DNA from: a virus
Taxonomy: Duplodnaviria; Caudoviricetes
IMG/VR virus record: IMGVR_UViG_3300043410_002285
Span: 1-57,769 of that record
Strand: one strand, 5' to 3'
Length of the DNA: 57,769 bases
Positions 40,614 to 49,195 of this stretch are shown here, piece after piece. The translations under genes and the position numbers were made by a program. Under the pieces are notes generated by a model that was not told where the DNA came from, ran no database searches, and saw only the letters and a list, made by a program, of their open reading frames with translations. Each line of letters opens with the position of its first letter. Positions within the stretch are counted from its first letter, which is position 1.

Positions 40614-42911
40614 TTATTGTTTGTATCCTGTTTTTATTATATAGAAATTTGTTGTACCATTATAAATTAAATTATCAACCGTTATTGATTGTGTACCAGC
40701 ATATGTTGATTTTAAATTACTACTTGATGTATTAATTGTTGACCATTGTGTGGATGTAAATAATCTATATTCTGGTGTTGAATTTAACCAAGTTGTCGCA
40801 CCACTATTTTTTCTATAAAAAATTAAATAGATATCTGTAATTGTTAATAAATTATTACTATTTACATCCATTCTATAATAATCTTTTGAATTAAAAGATT
40901 GAGTCAATATTTTTTGATTAAAAAATTGAGCATCACTGATCGCTGGTGTTAACATGGTAATACCATCACCTATTACAATTCTAAAATCATTTAAACTAGA
41001 ACTTAATGATGTTGTTATTGTATATTTACCATTTAAGTCGGTTGTATAACTTCCAGCTAATGTGTACGTTGTTACTGTTTTGTCCTTACTATAGAGTTTT
41101 ACCGCTATACCAGACACCCCGATATTTTCAGCATTATAGACATAACCTGAATAAGCAAAAGGACCGACTATTATCATACCGCTTGATGAATATGCGTATC
41201 CACAAGAACCGCTTTGTAATTGTGCTCTGAATAAAGTACCATCTGTTTGATTGGTATATGCGTAAGTTGTTGCGGTATTTACGATGTCGCTCCAAGTAAC
41301 ACCGCTATTTATTGATTTTTGCCATTTAACAACTGTACCAGTGTAACCACTTAATGTCAACGTACCAGAGTTTGTTGAGGTAGCGTGTACAGCTGATGAA
41401 ACAGATCCACCTGTTGGTGGTGTACCAGATGTTACGGTTATTGATTTACTTGTTGAATAAACAGCGCTACCACAATTTGGTGTTTGAACCTCAACACGAT
41501 AATAATACGTACCAGATGATGATATTGTCTCGGTTAAACTTGCTGTTGTATTTGTTATATTTGTCCAGTTTACATTATCTGTTGACCTTTGCCATTTATT
41601 AATATTACCTTGTTGACCAGATAATGTTAATTCAGCAACACCACCAGCACATATTGAATTATTTGCGGCAAAAACAGAACCAGATTTAGTTGGTTTAACC
41701 GATAAATAAACACTTGATGACGCTAAAGAACTACAACTAACTGGACTACTTGAATTAACGATAGCACGGTAATAAGTTGTTTTAGTAATGTTGGTTACAG
41801 AGATGCTTGAAGACGTGCTTGTGATTGTTGTACCAGCCGTAAAGAAGTTATCATAAGATGATTCCCATCTAACAACACTACCAGTCATATTGTTAAGTGT
41901 TAATGTTGTGCTATTCGAACCAGAACAAACATTTATATCACCACCACTAATTGTACCACTTGATCCATTGCTAACGCTAATTTCCCTCGTAAAAATTGTT
42001 ACGCTAGATGTTAAATCACCTGGCATGTCACCGTATTCACAAATATAACCACCCAAGTTTGTGTTCGGTAAGTCATTCCATTGCCCATTATTAGATGAAT
42101 AAAATTGACCGTAGTGCTCACCGCCAGAGTTATTTGGTTCACCACCAGCCCATTTAGCGTATTGACCTGTAACAGTTACTGGGGTACCATTACCATTAGA
42201 AAAGTTTGTACCCTTTTCTGGTCCAGATATCCAGTGCCATTTGCCCTCAACAGCGGCCTGACTAGCGTAAGTTGTTGTTCCTAGTGCTGCGTTAACATAA
42301 TTGTAATCATCAGATGCACCAAACCAGGCGTCACTTGACATTAGTTTCCAAATAAAGTTATTTTCCGCTTCAGAGGCCATTGTCGCTAAATAACCAGCTC
42401 TACCAAAATAAGATCGGCCATCAGCAGCGGTTTTAGAATTTGTCCATGTAATTGTACCAGAAACGTACTCATAATAATGTTCAGTTAATGGGTTATAATA
42501 AACCGTACCAGCTACGAATGTTACCCTTCTTAAATTAGCGTAACAAGTTGTTGATGTTGATTTAAATCTAACTGTTCTTAATAAAGTTTGCCAGTTTGCT
42601 ACAGTTGTTGTACCATTAAAACTTAAAATACCTGTTGTTGTATTAAAAGATGCTGTTATACCAGTTGGTAATGTACCAGTATAATCCAAAACATCACCAG
42701 ATGTATAACTTTGTGATATTTGAACCCTAAAACCAGTAATATCACCGTTAGCTGTAATTGTTAAATTAGGGTCAACAACAATTGCTGTGTTATATGTTGC
42801 CGATAAACTAGATGTCGTACCACCAACAGTAATAGATGTAGCTTGGGCACCAGCTAATTCTTGTATGCCCAAAATAATTGTAAATAATATGAATAAAAAC
42901 TTTTTAATCAT
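40614..42911 (-). CDS. Secreted C-type lectin + Ig-like + dockerin-like protein
   Basis: Signal peptide; HYYEYV..W..S...GYLAT...EN.F...W.G..D...EGKW.W..GPE...W..GEPNN..GEHY...WNDL...ICEY (C-type lectin, EPN); Ig-like WQ.S.D repeats; C-terminal DVNSNNLLTITD. Confidence 0.8.
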   Translation of the reverse strand: MIKKFLFILFTIILGIQELAGAQATSITVGGTTSSLSATYNTAIVVDPNLTITANGDITGFRVQISQSYTSGDVLDYTGTLPTGITASFNTTTGILSFNGTTTVANWQTLLRTVRFKSTSTTCYANLRRVTFVAGTVYYNPLTEHYYEYVSGTITWTNSKTAADGRSYFGRAGYLATMASEAENNFIWKLMSSDAWFGASDDYNYVNAALGTTTYASQAAVEGKWHWISGPEKGTNFSNGNGTPVTVTGQYAKWAGGEPNNSGGEHYGQFYSSNNGQWNDLPNTNLGGYICEYGDMPGDLTSSVTIFTREISVSNGSSGTISGGDINVCSGSNSTTLTLNNMTGSVVRWESSYDNFFTAGTTITSTSSSISVTNITKTTYYRAIVNSSSPVSCSSLASSSVYLSVKPTKSGSVFAANNSICAGGVAELTLSGQQGNINKWQRSTDNVNWTNITNTTASLTETISSSGTYYYRVEVQTPNCGSAVYSTSKSITVTSGTPPTGGSVSSAVHATSTNSGTLTLSGYTGTVVKWQKSINSGVTWSDIVNTATTYAYTNQTDGTLFRAQLQSGSCGYAYSSSGMIIVGPFAYSGYVYNAENIGVSGIAVKLYSKDKTVTTYTLAGSYTTDLNGKYTITTSLSSSLNDFRIVIGDGITMLTPAISDAQFFNQKILTQSFNSKDYYRMDVNSNNLLTITDIYLIFYRKNSGATTWLNSTPEYRLFTSTQWSTINTSSSNLKSTYAGTQSITVDNLIYNGTTNFYIIKTGYKQ

Positions 42912-44389
42912 AACGCTAATCTTGTACCCATCATTACTGTGTAATTCAAAACGTTTTCACCTATAGAGTACGCCCCGCCAAAATTAAAATTTAATTTAAA
43001 CGTTTTGGTCACACCAAGGTTAACACCCACAATTGGTAAAATAACAAATGGTGATTTTAAAACAGCATCATCGTAATATCTAACAAATGGTGCATAAACA
43101 AACAACGCCATTGTTTTAACATCAACTCGTTTACCTATTTTAAAATCCCTATTACCACCAACAATTGCGGCTGAGCCATAATAAGGTTCTTTATATATTT
43201 GTCCACCAGAAGCGGTTAACATATAAACAGCTTTAAATTTTTTAATATTTCTCATTTGACCAAAAGCAACGGTATTATATATCGACCCACTACCCGCAAA
43301 ACCAATAGTTATAGTATTTGATAATAATGTGATAGCTTTAGGTTTTATCCAAGCATAATATCCAGTTAAATTGCCACCTTGTATTGATGATGTGTAATCC
43401 ACCATAATACCGTGTGATCTTAAACCGTCATATCTTACCGATGAATACCCAGCATTAACCTTTGAACCTTTACTAACCTCACCCTCATTAAATTGAAACC
43501 CAACTAAGTCACTACTCATGAGTATTGATGGCCTACCACCATTTTTACTAGTAGCTGATCCTTTACTATTGCTACTACTACCGCTTTTAACAGCGTTGGT
43601 TGTACCACCTACAGCATCAGATTTTTTATCCGAACTAGTTTCTGTTTGATTTGACGTAGAACCATTACCAGTCCCACCACCAGAACCTGAACCACTTGTA
43701 GTTGTACCGCCTGAGCCACCAGAACCGTTGTTAGTGGTTCCACCTGAGCTGCTAGATCCACTAGATCCCCCAGGATTGTTGTTTGTTGACTCACCTGATC
43801 CACCACCTTGTTCACCTGATCCACTTGATCCCCCAGATCCATTCGAGCCATTACTATTTTCAGTGTTATTAGAACCACCATTACTTCCATTACCAGAGCT
43901 ATTAGAAGTTGTTGATCCGCTAGAATTATTTCCATTTTTATTTTCTTTATTATCGTTAGAAGATTTTGAATCACCACCACTACCAACGTTATTTATTGAA
44001 CCAGTGGCTGCTAATATATTACCAGAGCCACTAGATGCTATATCACTAATTGCGGATAAAGAGTTAAAAATTCCGATAACATTAAGTGCGGTACTTTGTG
44101 TTTGTGAGACAGTTACAGTTGTACCTATACCACCACACGGTGAAGCGTTTTGGAATTGATTAAATACGTTAGCAGCCCATGTATCAAAAGTACCGTTATT
44201 AAAATCATTAGCAGTAAACGTACCCACCTGACCGTAGTACGTTACAGCTATTTGATTTTGCCCATAAGGGATTGATAAATTGTAAACTTTACCGTTACAA
44301 GGATCCGTGTAAGAATAATTAAATGACTGTGCGCTTGCTATATTACATAGAAAGGATATAAATACAACTATAAGAGCTATTATTCTCAC
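42908..44389 (-). CDS. Secreted/outer-membrane protein with G/S/N-rich linker and C-terminal beta-barrel
   Basis: GTG start, signal peptide, YTDPC N-domain, low-complexity linker, amphipathic strands to the C-terminus. Confidence 0.7.
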   Translation of the reverse strand: MRIIALIVVFISFLCNIASAQSFNYSYTDPCNGKVYNLSIPYGQNQIAVTYYGQVGTFTANDFNNGTFDTWAANVFNQFQNASPCGGIGTTVTVSQTQSTALNVIGIFNSLSAISDIASSGSGNILAATGSINNVGSGGDSKSSNDNKENKNGNNSSGSTTSNSSGNGSNGGSNNTENSNGSNGSGGSSGSGEQGGGSGESTNNNPGGSSGSSSSGGTTNNGSGGSGGTTTSGSGSGGGTGNGSTSNQTETSSDKKSDAVGGTTNAVKSGSSSNSKGSATSKNGGRPSILMSSDLVGFQFNEGEVSKGSKVNAGYSSVRYDGLRSHGIMVDYTSSIQGGNLTGYYAWIKPKAITLLSNTITIGFAGSGSIYNTVAFGQMRNIKKFKAVYMLTASGGQIYKEPYYGSAAIVGGNRDFKIGKRVDVKTMALFVYAPFVRYYDDAVLKSPFVILPIVGVNLGVTKTFKLNFNFGGAYSIGENVLNYTVMMGTRLAL

Positions 44390-44395
44390 GCACCG

Positions 44396-45115
44396 TTAAT
44401 TCTTGAATAAACCTTTTTTTATTAATTTAACAACAACCCTAGATGATGCGGTTTCTAACGCTTTTTTTGTTGATGTGCCTATTGTTGATTGATTAAATTT
44501 GATCTCATCCACATCATCTAATATTGTTGACATTTTCACTGTTTTAGCTTCACCAAGTCCGCTACCAACAATAACTTCACCAGTCTCGGCATCAACAAAT
44601 TTAACTTGCATACCTAATCTGGTTGTTTGTGTTGCGGTAGCTTTTCCGTTAACTTTAACAACTTCATCCTCAGATACACTAAAGTCGTAAACTTCAATGT
44701 AAACAAAGTATTTTGCTAATTTAACTTTACCCCTACCATCCACTTTATTTTCAGTAAACCCTTTATCAGATGCTTTAAATTGATTAACCATTCTCTCTTT
44801 GATTTCTAATTTGTCTTCAGTAAAAACAAATCTGTTAGTCATTTCAAGATATTCGATAACAATATTAGTTACACCCAAACCAACACGTTTGTCTTTTAGT
44901 TCAGGATACATCTCATAGAGTTCTTCTGTAAATCCAATTTTTAATAATTGGATTGGATACTTTACAGTATCAGTGTAGTTTGAAACAACATCAATTGATT
45001 GTGTTTGTTCGAAACTAGCTTTGTATTCTTCTGTTTTAACACTACCAATATTCTGTGCCTGGGTTTTACAGGCACAGAATAATATTGGTAATATAATGAA
45101 TAATAGTTTTTTCAT
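44396..45115 (-). CDS. CsgG/HfaB-family lipoprotein
   Basis: Lipobox-like LFCAC; L..TNRF..E, AKYFVYIEVYDF and RLGMQVKFVDAETGEVI typical of the CsgG fold. Confidence 0.75.
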   Translation of the reverse strand: MKKLLFIILPILFCACKTQAQNIGSVKTEEYKASFEQTQSIDVVSNYTDTVKYPIQLLKIGFTEELYEMYPELKDKRVGLGVTNIVIEYLEMTNRFVFTEDKLEIKERMVNQFKASDKGFTENKVDGRGKVKLAKYFVYIEVYDFSVSEDEVVKVNGKATATQTTRLGMQVKFVDAETGEVIVGSGLGEAKTVKMSTILDDVDEIKFNQSTIGTSTKKALETASSRVVVKLIKKGLFKN

Positions 45116-45116
45116 A

Positions 45117-45473
45117 TTATGGTTGTGTCATGTTTGATAATGAAGTTCCATCTTCCTCATCAACTTTTTGAATTAACATTTTATCTCTGTCTTCTGAATT
45201 GAACCAGTAATCAACAACTTTATTTAAGTTACCAACGAAAGCACCTAATAAAATTAATAACATTTCTTTCCAATCCTCTCCGATTGTTACACCGAAAAAT
45301 ACAGCTGAATTGATACCAGCTACGATAAAGAAAAATAGGAATAATACAATACCTGTTATTCTCCATCTATTAGATTGCATTTGTTGCAACATGTAATAGA
45401 ATCTATTTTTATCCTCAACTTGTACTGGCGCAGGTGCGCTAGTAAAACTTTTTAATGTTTCTTTGATTTTCAT
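45117..45473 (-). CDS. Two-TM membrane protein
   Basis: Hydrophobic ITGIVLFLFFFIVAGI and MLLILLGAFVGNL segments; alternative start at 45512. Confidence 0.7.
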   Translation of the reverse strand: MKIKETLKSFTSAPAPVQVEDKNRFYYMLQQMQSNRWRITGIVLFLFFFIVAGINSAVFFGVTIGEDWKEMLLILLGAFVGNLNKVVDYWFNSEDRDKMLIQKVDEEDGTSLSNMTQP

Positions 45474-45505
45474 ATCTTCTTTTTTTGTTTTATTTAATTT
45501 TTTCA

Positions 45506-45838
45506 TTACCAAGGACTATCTTCAGTTTCTGATTTTTTAGCTGGTTTTTCTTCTTTAACAGGTGCAGCTTTTTCAACAACAGTTGTTTTCTCTTTAATGA
45601 TAGTATTAGTACCACCAGCAGCAGCGTTATTTTTAGAAGAATTATCAACATTTATGTTAATTGCTGGTGCTGGCGCGGCTTGTTCCGTTTTTGTTTCTTC
45701 TTTATCACCACCACCAAATAATGTTGTTGTGAAGTAGGTACCACCAGCCATAACAGCTGTTGTGATAACACCAATGATTGTTTTCTTTAAACCTGACCAT
45801 GTTCCGTCTGATTCAGGTACATTTGTTTCTTCTGACAT
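45506..45838 (-). CDS. Single-TM protein
   Basis: TIIGVITTAVMAGGTYF TM segment followed by a low-complexity tail. Confidence 0.7.
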   Translation of the reverse strand: MSEETNVPESDGTWSGLKKTIIGVITTAVMAGGTYFTTTLFGGGDKEETKTEQAAPAPAININVDNSSKNNAAAGGTNTIIKEKTTVVEKAAPVKEEKPAKKSETEDSPW

Positions 45839-45849
45839 TGTTTTAAATT

Positions 45850-47748
45850 TTAGTTTAGTTTTATTGTTTTATTTGTTTTAATTTGGTTTTCTGTTTTTAA
45901 CATACCATAGTATGTACCAGGTATTACATTAGTTAAATCGACAGGGTAAACGTATTTACCTTTGTACATTTTACCACTGAAAACTGTGTGTACTAATTTA
46001 CCATTAGCATCAAAGAATCCAACTAATATTTCACCATCTTCTGGTACACTAAAACTAACATACGCAAAACCTTCTGTCGGGTTAGGTGCCACAATTATTT
46101 CACAATCTTTTGTTGTATTAGCACCACCGTTAATCTTGAATATTTTAACAACACCGTTTGTTGGTGTTATTCTTAGGTCAGTTGCATTTGCATCACCAGC
46201 ATATTTTCTAATAACATATAAAGGACTATGGGTCCAAGTTGTTTGTGCACTTAAAGCTGTAAATTGTAAATTTAAAACAGCATCACCGTTATTAGCCAAA
46301 TATTCATTTTTACTCATATCTGCACCAGCCCATTCAACAACACCATCATTTGGGTTTAAGAATGACATCCAGTTCATGAATTTTTGTTCTGTTTGAATAC
46401 CTTTAAACTCTAATAAATTTTTATCATAAGCTAAAGCTAATTGAATAGAACCAACTTGATCACCAGCGGTTAAAACTTTCATCGGAACATTTACTAATGT
46501 ACCCTCAGTAACTTCAATTTGTGGTAAATTAATTTCAATTGTTGCTGTGGGAAAATCATACTCAACCGTTTCATCGATGATATATTTAGGTGTTTTGCTA
46601 GGATTTAAGATTTCAATAGGAATTGTACGAGCCATATGGAAACCAGTACCGTTAGCATCACCACCACCTAATACATAGAATGTTACAGAGTCTGGTTGGC
46701 CCGCAATAATATCAAATGTTAAGTTAGTTACACCAGCAATTGATGATGTATAGTTAGTTGAAGAGCCATTAATTGTTGCGTATTGAGACGCTGAAAAGAA
46801 TCTAACATCTTTAACACTATTAGGCCATACAGTAAATCTACCCGCTAAACGACCATAAATTGCAGATACGTCAGCAATTGTAATACCATTTGATCCGTTA
46901 ACATCTGATGAGTAGAAATCAAAACCAGTCGGTGTCTCCTCGCCAATAACAAATTTATTTACTTTTTGAGCATCAGCCACAGATACTGTAGCACCAACAG
47001 CCATCGTATCACCCTTCACATATAAATGAGCATCCCAATAAGTTGTATCCAATATTTCATCAAAAGCAAAATAACCAGTAACATCAGTGGTGTCAATCTT
47101 AACTTGAGTCCAAGCACCTGTTGATGTTTTAGGTCTTTTTTCTAAAGCAACTGTAATGTTTTTAGAGCCAGTACCAGTTACGTTTGTGAATCTACCGTGG
47201 TATTTAAGTCTGTTTAATTTGAACTCACCACCATAACTATGTAAAGACAAACCAGTATCCATACCAGCTATTGTAGCCGCATATGATGGGAATGTCATTG
47301 TACCAACAATTTTCAAACTATCAATACTAGTTAAAGCTTGGAATGCCGTTGCATTCTCATGGAAGAATTTTATTTGAAAAGCGGCACCGTTTGCATAAGT
47401 AAACGAGTTGTTGGTACCTGTATACGCTAAGGTAATTGTAATATTACCATTAACTGAGTCAGCTACATATTGCATGTATTGATCAGTTGAACTGTATACC
47501 AAACTAACAATTGGTTTAGCACCACCAAAGGCTACTTTATCGTAGAATACACGAAATTGTAAACCAGCAATTTTAGTCGTTGTTGAATTGTCATAGTAAA
47601 GGTTAGCTAATGTGAAACCTTGTGATTGGGGACCAACATTGTAAGATGAATCAACGACAATCCAATTACCCGTTGAAGGTCCTGTTGTTTGTGCATAGCC
47701 CATTACAGCCAAAAACGCCAGCACTAGCGTTAATAAAAATTTTTTCAT
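45850..47748 (-). CDS. Secreted cohesin/dockerin protein with T9SS type A C-terminal sorting domain
   Basis: Signal peptide; cohesin-like IAGLQFRVFYD and VNVPM..VGSIQLALAYDKNLLEF; dockerin-like DVNGSNGITIADV; CTD VAPNPT...FFDANGKLV...GTYY...KTIK. Confidence 0.85.
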   Translation of the reverse strand: MKKFLLTLVLAFLAVMGYAQTTGPSTGNWIVVDSSYNVGPQSQGFTLANLYYDNSTTTKIAGLQFRVFYDKVAFGGAKPIVSLVYSSTDQYMQYVADSVNGNITITLAYTGTNNSFTYANGAAFQIKFFHENATAFQALTSIDSLKIVGTMTFPSYAATIAGMDTGLSLHSYGGEFKLNRLKYHGRFTNVTGTGSKNITVALEKRPKTSTGAWTQVKIDTTDVTGYFAFDEILDTTYWDAHLYVKGDTMAVGATVSVADAQKVNKFVIGEETPTGFDFYSSDVNGSNGITIADVSAIYGRLAGRFTVWPNSVKDVRFFSASQYATINGSSTNYTSSIAGVTNLTFDIIAGQPDSVTFYVLGGGDANGTGFHMARTIPIEILNPSKTPKYIIDETVEYDFPTATIEINLPQIEVTEGTLVNVPMKVLTAGDQVGSIQLALAYDKNLLEFKGIQTEQKFMNWMSFLNPNDGVVEWAGADMSKNEYLANNGDAVLNLQFTALSAQTTWTHSPLYVIRKYAGDANATDLRITPTNGVVKIFKINGGANTTKDCEIIVAPNPTEGFAYVSFSVPEDGEILVGFFDANGKLVHTVFSGKMYKGKYVYPVDLTNVIPGTYYGMLKTENQIKTNKTIKLN

Positions 47749-47877
47749 GTTAAGTTGTTTTGATTACTTATAAATATTAAAAAAACTCAAAAAAACCATT
47801 TACTTTGAAAAAAAAAGTATTAAAGAAAAAAAATAACTTTTACATTAAATGAAGATATTTATTCGTTAAAAAAGAGT

Positions 47878-48129
47878 ATGAATAAGACAGCTTTTGAATA
47901 TCTTAAAGATTTACAACAACAATTAACAACATTGATTGATGAGCAAGAAAATAAGTTAGATGAAATTGATAATGAAAATTTTAAAGATGATGTATCTGAA
48001 AATATTTTTGGTAGAATTGAGGACGTTCTTTATGAAATAGAAACAATAATGACGGATCTTGAAGAAGGTTATTATAGTGATGATAACAAAGATTTTGATG
48101 AAGATGGAGATGATTTTGAAGAATTTTAA
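47878..48129 (+). CDS. Small highly acidic protein
   Basis: 83 aa, D/E-rich, helical; TATTTAT at 47856. Confidence 0.7.
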   Translation: MNKTAFEYLKDLQQQLTTLIDEQENKLDEIDNENFKDDVSENIFGRIEDVLYEIETIMTDLEEGYYSDDNKDFDEDGDDFEEF

Positions 48130-48145
48130 TTTTTTTTATAAAAAA

Positions 48146-48177
48146 TTTGGTTTTTTGAAAAACTTTACTTACTTTTG
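48146..48177 (+). promoter_or_regulatory. Bacteroidota-type promoter driving the leader + tRNA array
   Basis: TTTG(48146-48149)-N20-TACTTTTG(48170-48177); a second TATATTTG at 48183-48190. Confidence 0.75.
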
Positions 48178-48204
48178 TACTATATATTTGAAATAACAAA
48201 AAAA

Positions 48205-48303
48205 ATGAAAAATATGAACCTACATATTGCAGTGATTAAACCGATGGCGGTGTGCCAATGGTATCCTCGTGCCATATCGGGTTCAGACCAAGTATTTTCA
48301 TAA
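48205..48303 (+). CDS. Leader peptide (32 aa) of putative tRNA-array attenuator
   Basis: MKNMNLHIAVIKPMAVCQWYPRAISGSDQVFS after an A-rich start; codons 6-24 use exactly the 13 amino acids of the downstream tRNAs. Confidence 0.8.
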   Translation: MKNMNLHIAVIKPMAVCQWYPRAISGSDQVFS

Positions 48304-48337
48304 TGTTATAGAGATAAAACTAAAACTACGAAAAACG

Positions 48338-48371
48338 AAGCCCTGAACCAACAAGTTCAGGGTTTTTTTTT
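48338..48371 (+). terminator. Intrinsic terminator (attenuator) between leader and tRNA array
   Basis: AAGCCCTGAAC-CAACAA-GTTCAGGGTTTTTTTTT. CTGAACC (48343-48349) can alternatively pair with GGTTCAG (48280-48286) in the leader ORF. Confidence 0.85.
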
Positions 48372-48373
48372 GT

Positions 48374-48384
48374 TGTTCTTTGAC
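48374..48384 (+). promoter_or_regulatory. boxA-like antitermination element
   Basis: TGTTCTTTGAC resembles rrn boxA (TGCTCTTTAAC) and lies between the terminator and the first tRNA. Confidence 0.55.
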
Positions 48385-48403
48385 GTATTGGTAAAATTAA
48401 AAT

Positions 48404-48478
48404 AGCGTAGTTGGCCAATTGGTAGGCCGCCTCATTTGGGATGAGGACATAGTGCAGGTTCGAGTCCCGTCTACGCTA
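48404..48478 (+). tRNA. tRNA-Pro(TGG) #1, atypical acceptor
   Basis: AGCGTAG/CTACGCT acceptor, GGCC/GGCC D-stem, CCTCA-TTTGGGA-TGAGG anticodon arm, TTCGAGT T-loop. Confidence 0.8.
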
Positions 48479-48484
48479 CTATTT

Positions 48485-48560
48485 CAGGATATGGGGGAGT
48501 CAGGTCGTCCCTACCTGCCTTGGACGCAGGGGATCGCTGGTTCGAATCCAGCTATCCTGA
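48485..48560 (+). tRNA. tRNA-Pro(TGG) #2
   Basis: CAGGATA/TATCCTG-A, CCTGC-CTTGGAC-GCAGG, GCTGG-TTCGAAT-CCAGC. Confidence 0.9.
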
Positions 48561-48566
48561 CACAAT

Positions 48567-48640
48567 GTCTTCGTAGCTCAGTAGGTTAGAGCACCTCACT
48601 TTTAATGAGGGAGTCACAGGTTCGAGTCCTGTCGGGGACA
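48567..48640 (+). tRNA. tRNA-Lys(TTT)
   Basis: GTCTTCG/CGGGGAC, CCTCA-CTTTTAA-TGAGG, ACAGG-TTCGAGT-CCTGT. Confidence 0.95.
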
Positions 48641-48645
48641 CAAAC

Positions 48646-48715
48646 GTATAAGTTGATCGTGGTGGTCGGTTGGTCTGCAAAACCAATGGTGTTGGTTCGA
48701 TTCCAACCTTATACT
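48646..48715 (+). tRNA. tRNA-Cys(GCA)
   Basis: GTATAAG/CTTATAC with U73, TTGGT-CTGCAAA-ACCAA, short D-loop. Confidence 0.88.
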
Positions 48716-48724
48716 CAAATATAC

Positions 48725-48795
48725 ACGGATATGGTGAAATGGTATCATAATGGTCTCCAAAACCACAGTTCAGGGTTCGAATCCTTGTATCCGTG
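48725..48795 (+). tRNA. tRNA-Trp(CCA)
   Basis: ACGGATA/TATCCGT with G73, TGGT-CTCCAAA-ACCA, CAGGG-TTCGAAT-CCTTG. Confidence 0.92.
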
Positions 48796-48802
48796 CTAAA
48801 AT

Positions 48803-48882
48803 GCCCTTGTAGGCGAATGGTATAGCCGCTGGTCTTAGAAACCAGAGCGAAAGCATTGCAGGTTCGAGTCCTGCCAGGGGTA
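48803..48882 (+). tRNA. tRNA-Leu(TAG)
   Basis: GCCCTTG/CAGGGGT-A, CTGGT-CTTAGAA-ACCAG, long variable arm GCGAAAGC. Confidence 0.93.
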
Positions 48883-48887
48883 CACAT

Positions 48888-48960
48888 GCACCTTTAGCTC
48901 AGTTGGTAGAGCGCTGCCCTTACATGGCAGATGTCATAGGTTCGAGTCCTATAGGGTGTA
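48888..48960 (+). tRNA. tRNA-Val(TAC)
   Basis: GCACCTT/AGGGTGT-A, CTGCC-CTTACAT-GGCAG. Confidence 0.95.
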
Positions 48961-48962
48961 CA

Positions 48963-49101
48963 AAGGTTGATCGGGGAATGGTCACATCAATAGTTCGAGA
49001 GTGAATACTGACTGGTGTGATCGGAGTTTACAGGTATTCACCAGAGTAATGCTGATCGTAAAAGAGGATGTCCACTGAACCATCTTCCTCTTCCCTAACT
49101 T
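48963..49101 (+). ncRNA. Unidentified structured RNA (~140 nt) with kissing-loop pseudoknot inside the tRNA array
   Basis: Closing stem AGGTTG..GGGAA / TTCCC-TAACTT; hairpin GGTCACATCA/TGGTGTGATC; hairpin AGTTTAC/GTAATGCT; loop-loop GTGAATAC/GTATTCAC; hairpin GAGGATG/CATCTTC. Confidence 0.7.
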
Positions 49102-49183
49102 GCCAGTATCGCATAGCGGCAATTGCGGCTGACTGTAAATCAGCTCCCTTACGGGTTCGGTGGTTCGAGTCCACCTGCTGGCA
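49102..49183 (+). tRNA. tRNA-Tyr(GTA)
   Basis: GCCAGTA/TGCTGGC-A, GCTGA-CTGTAAA-TCAGC, long variable arm. Confidence 0.95.
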
Positions 49184-49195
49184 CTATTTATTAAT

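Noticed and set aside
43609-46396. Alternative-frame ORFs 43609..43986, 43728..44159, 45962..46396
   Set aside because: Shadows of longer genes that carry signal peptides and recognisable domains.
48963-49101. ncRNA as tmRNA, intron-containing tRNA, Y RNA or hammerhead
   Set aside because: No tRNA-like acceptor or CCA, too short for tmRNA, and no complete Ro-binding or CUGANGA/GAAA core recognisable by eye.
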